Part shown: positions 62,556 to 64,000 of the stretch, one piece after another | Numbering within the stretch: position 1 is the stretch's first letter | How the letters are laid out: each line of letters begins with the position of its first letter | Source of the DNA: Desulfomonilia bacterium | GTDB lineage: Bacteria; Desulfobacterota; Desulfomonilia; UBA1062 | Assembly (NCBI GenBank): GCA_963664325.2 | Contig: CAXXDQ010000003.1 | Location: forward strand, 800,001 to 864,000 | Length of the DNA: 64,000 nt | Direction of reading: 5' to 3' | Position numbers and translations under genes: made by a program | The notes under the pieces: generated by a model | Databases searched by the model: none | Told to the model about the DNA's origin: nothing | What the model saw: the letters and a program-made list of their open reading frames with translations, nothing else

Positions 62556-62855
62556 TCAATTTTTTATGGAAAGGATGCGGCGGTTGACCATCTCAGAGGC
62601 AAAGCCTATTACATCCTTTTCTATCTCACCGGTATCAGATGAAAACTCGTCGGAAAGTTCAGCCGCAACTTGTCCAAGTGATTTCCCTCCGTCAAGCTTC
62701 TTCCATATGGCCTTGCCGGTATCGTTCAATGTGTACAATTCGTCGTCCGCATCTCCAATGCCTGCGATGAGCGGTACGATGATGATATCGCCCTCGATCT
62801 CCCGTGAAACTATGTCATCCGATAGTGTACAGATAGTTTTAGCATCAATATTCAT
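62556..62855 (-). CDS. PqqD-family RiPP recognition element
   Basis: VSREIEGDIIIVP, LYTLNDTGKAIWKKLDG, DVIGFASEM; GGGAG RBS. Confidence 0.9.
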   Translation of the reverse strand: MNIDAKTICTLSDDIVSREIEGDIIIVPLIAGIGDADDELYTLNDTGKAIWKKLDGGKSLGQVAAELSDEFSSDTGEIEKDVIGFASEMVNRRILSIKN

Positions 62856-62881
62856 ATTTAGCAGTCTCCCGTTCCAATATA

Positions 62882-63058
62882 TTATGAAGGATTCCAGGTG
62901 CTGCAGTTAGGGCAACCAGGCCCCGTGTCGTTACATAGCCTGTCACTGATTGATGGACCCTCGTGGCCTCCGCCTTCGTCCTTGCAGGTGGCAAGGACAT
63001 TTTCTTCCGTATTGCTTCTCGCCAGTACTATAAGCTCGGGCTTCTTCCATCTTTTCAT
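62882..63058 (-). CDS. RiPP precursor peptide 4 (not in the ORF track)
   Basis: MKRWKKPELIVLARSNTEENVLATCKDEGGGHEGPSISDRLCNDTGPGCPNCSTWNPS; GGGAG RBS; directly upstream of PqqD. Confidence 0.88.
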   Translation of the reverse strand: MKRWKKPELIVLARSNTEENVLATCKDEGGGHEGPSISDRLCNDTGPGCPNCSTWNPS

Positions 63059-63113
63059 CAGATATCTCCCTTTATTATAAATTAATTTTCAGTATCAAAA
63101 TTTCATTGTTTGT

Positions 63114-64000
63114 TCAATTGTGAACATATTCATCGGACTGACCGATTCTCTCCTTCCAATCCTCAACCTCCCAGCCGAATTCATTTTTAGCAAGCCAGCC
63201 CATCCACCGCGCCTGAGCATGTGCAGCCTCACAGAGATATTTGACTGGGGTATCAAGAGTCTGATGTTCGCTCCATGACTTTGCGGGGCACTGTTCGCAG
63301 AGTCCCTTCAGAAAACATAATGCACAGCGTTTCAGATATTCCGGGTTTTTCGCACGCATTTCTCTCAGATCCCTAAATTTGTCCAGGATTGTTTCAAGTG
63401 AATACTTGCATGTATCATATGTCAATTCAGGCGCCCGTACACCCATGCAGGGTTGTGCGGTGCCGTATGCATCGATGCACATGCCGCAGCCTGCCCCGCA
63501 CCTGAACAGATTTTCGCCCGGCGGTCCCATGAATTTCGATGCGAACTCGCTTGTGCTCTTTCTGAATTTATCAGCATCCCTTGTGAGGATTCTCAAGCCC
63601 TCCTCAGGTGACAGGCGGATTGATCTGATCATTGCGTTTTTTTCAACGTCATCGCATCTGTTCCTTAGGTCGAAGAACATCGAATAGCTCGGCCTTTTCG
63701 TCATCCATCGTATTGTCTCGGCCCATGCCTCAAACTCGTCCATCTCGTATCTGTTCTGAGGCAGAAGCGCCGACTTTATAATGAACGGGACTCCACGCTT
63801 GATAAGCAGATCGACACCGCGCCGGTACTGTTTGAACGAGCCTTTCGAGCGTGTCACAGCTTCATAGGATTTCTCATGCATGCCGTAGGAGGTTATTTCG
63901 ATTGTCACAAGCGGCGGGACGCGTTTGAAAAGCTCGGCAAGTCTCTCATCGATAAGCCTGGCATTAGTGAAAACAAGGACTTTCATGCCCAGCTTTCTTG
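63114..64000 (-). CDS. Radical SAM/SPASM peptide maturase 2 (5' end outside window)
   Basis: Paralog of 61434..62546: VFTNARL, IEITSYG, CGAG..PC, CALC..LCEQCPA..LCEAAHA. Confidence 0.88.
   Translation of the reverse strand, partial: RKLGMKVLVFTNARLIDERLAELFKRVPPLVTIEITSYGMHEKSYEAVTRSKGSFKQYRRGVDLLIKRGVPFIIKSALLPQNRYEMDEFEAWAETIRWMTKRPSYSMFFDLRNRCDDVEKNAMIRSIRLSPEEGLRILTRDADKFRKSTSEFASKFMGPPGENLFRCGAGCGMCIDAYGTAQPCMGVRAPELTYDTCKYSLETILDKFRDLREMRAKNPEYLKRCALCFLKGLCEQCPAKSWSEHQTLDTPVKYLCEAAHAQARWMGWLAKNEFGWEVEDWKERIGQSDEYVHN

Noticed and set aside
59516-63080. ORFs 59516..59704 (-), 60905..61249 (+) and 62898..63080 (+)
   Set aside because: They are opposite-strand shadows of precursors 2, 3 and 4
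56158-64000. Lasso peptide or PQQ biosynthesis cluster
   Set aside because: No asparagine-synthetase-like cyclase, B2 transglutaminase-like protease or PqqB/C in view; precursors lack the lasso ring pattern and the PqqA ExxxY motif (genes beyond the window cannot be excluded)

Overview
Chromosomal window from an anaerobic, probably deltaproteobacterial (Desulfobacterota-like) genome; the taxon is inferred from gene content only. It carries housekeeping genes (divergent EF-G, aroE, PPi-type pfk, cobB, mutS, motAB/fliMN, ppdK, tmk, moaC, aroF, carAB, tRNA-Gly) and a type II secretion gene block. A GntR-led catabolic operon is built round an AsfA/AprA-like flavoprotein and a ferredoxin split by a GltD-like module. 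There is also a RAYT transposase with a 24-bp terminal motif, a miniature derivative and trapped cargo; a Phe/Tyr/Trp leader-peptide attenuator upstream of DAHP synthase; and three tandem LRR/L-domain lipoproteins. The strongest candidate for an undescribed system is a RiPP cluster at 56.2-64 kb that runs off the window end. It has two paralogous radical SAM/SPASM enzymes, a PqqD/RRE, an S26-peptidase-GNAT fusion, an ABC exporter and a nucleotidyltransferase. It also has four small precursors (two missing from the ORF track) that share a WxxPxLxxLxR..EExVLxxCK-type leader and a four-Cys core ending C-x5-Ser. One precursor has an in-frame TGA followed by a hairpin. The frameshifts clustered at 16-24 kb look like sequencing errors.
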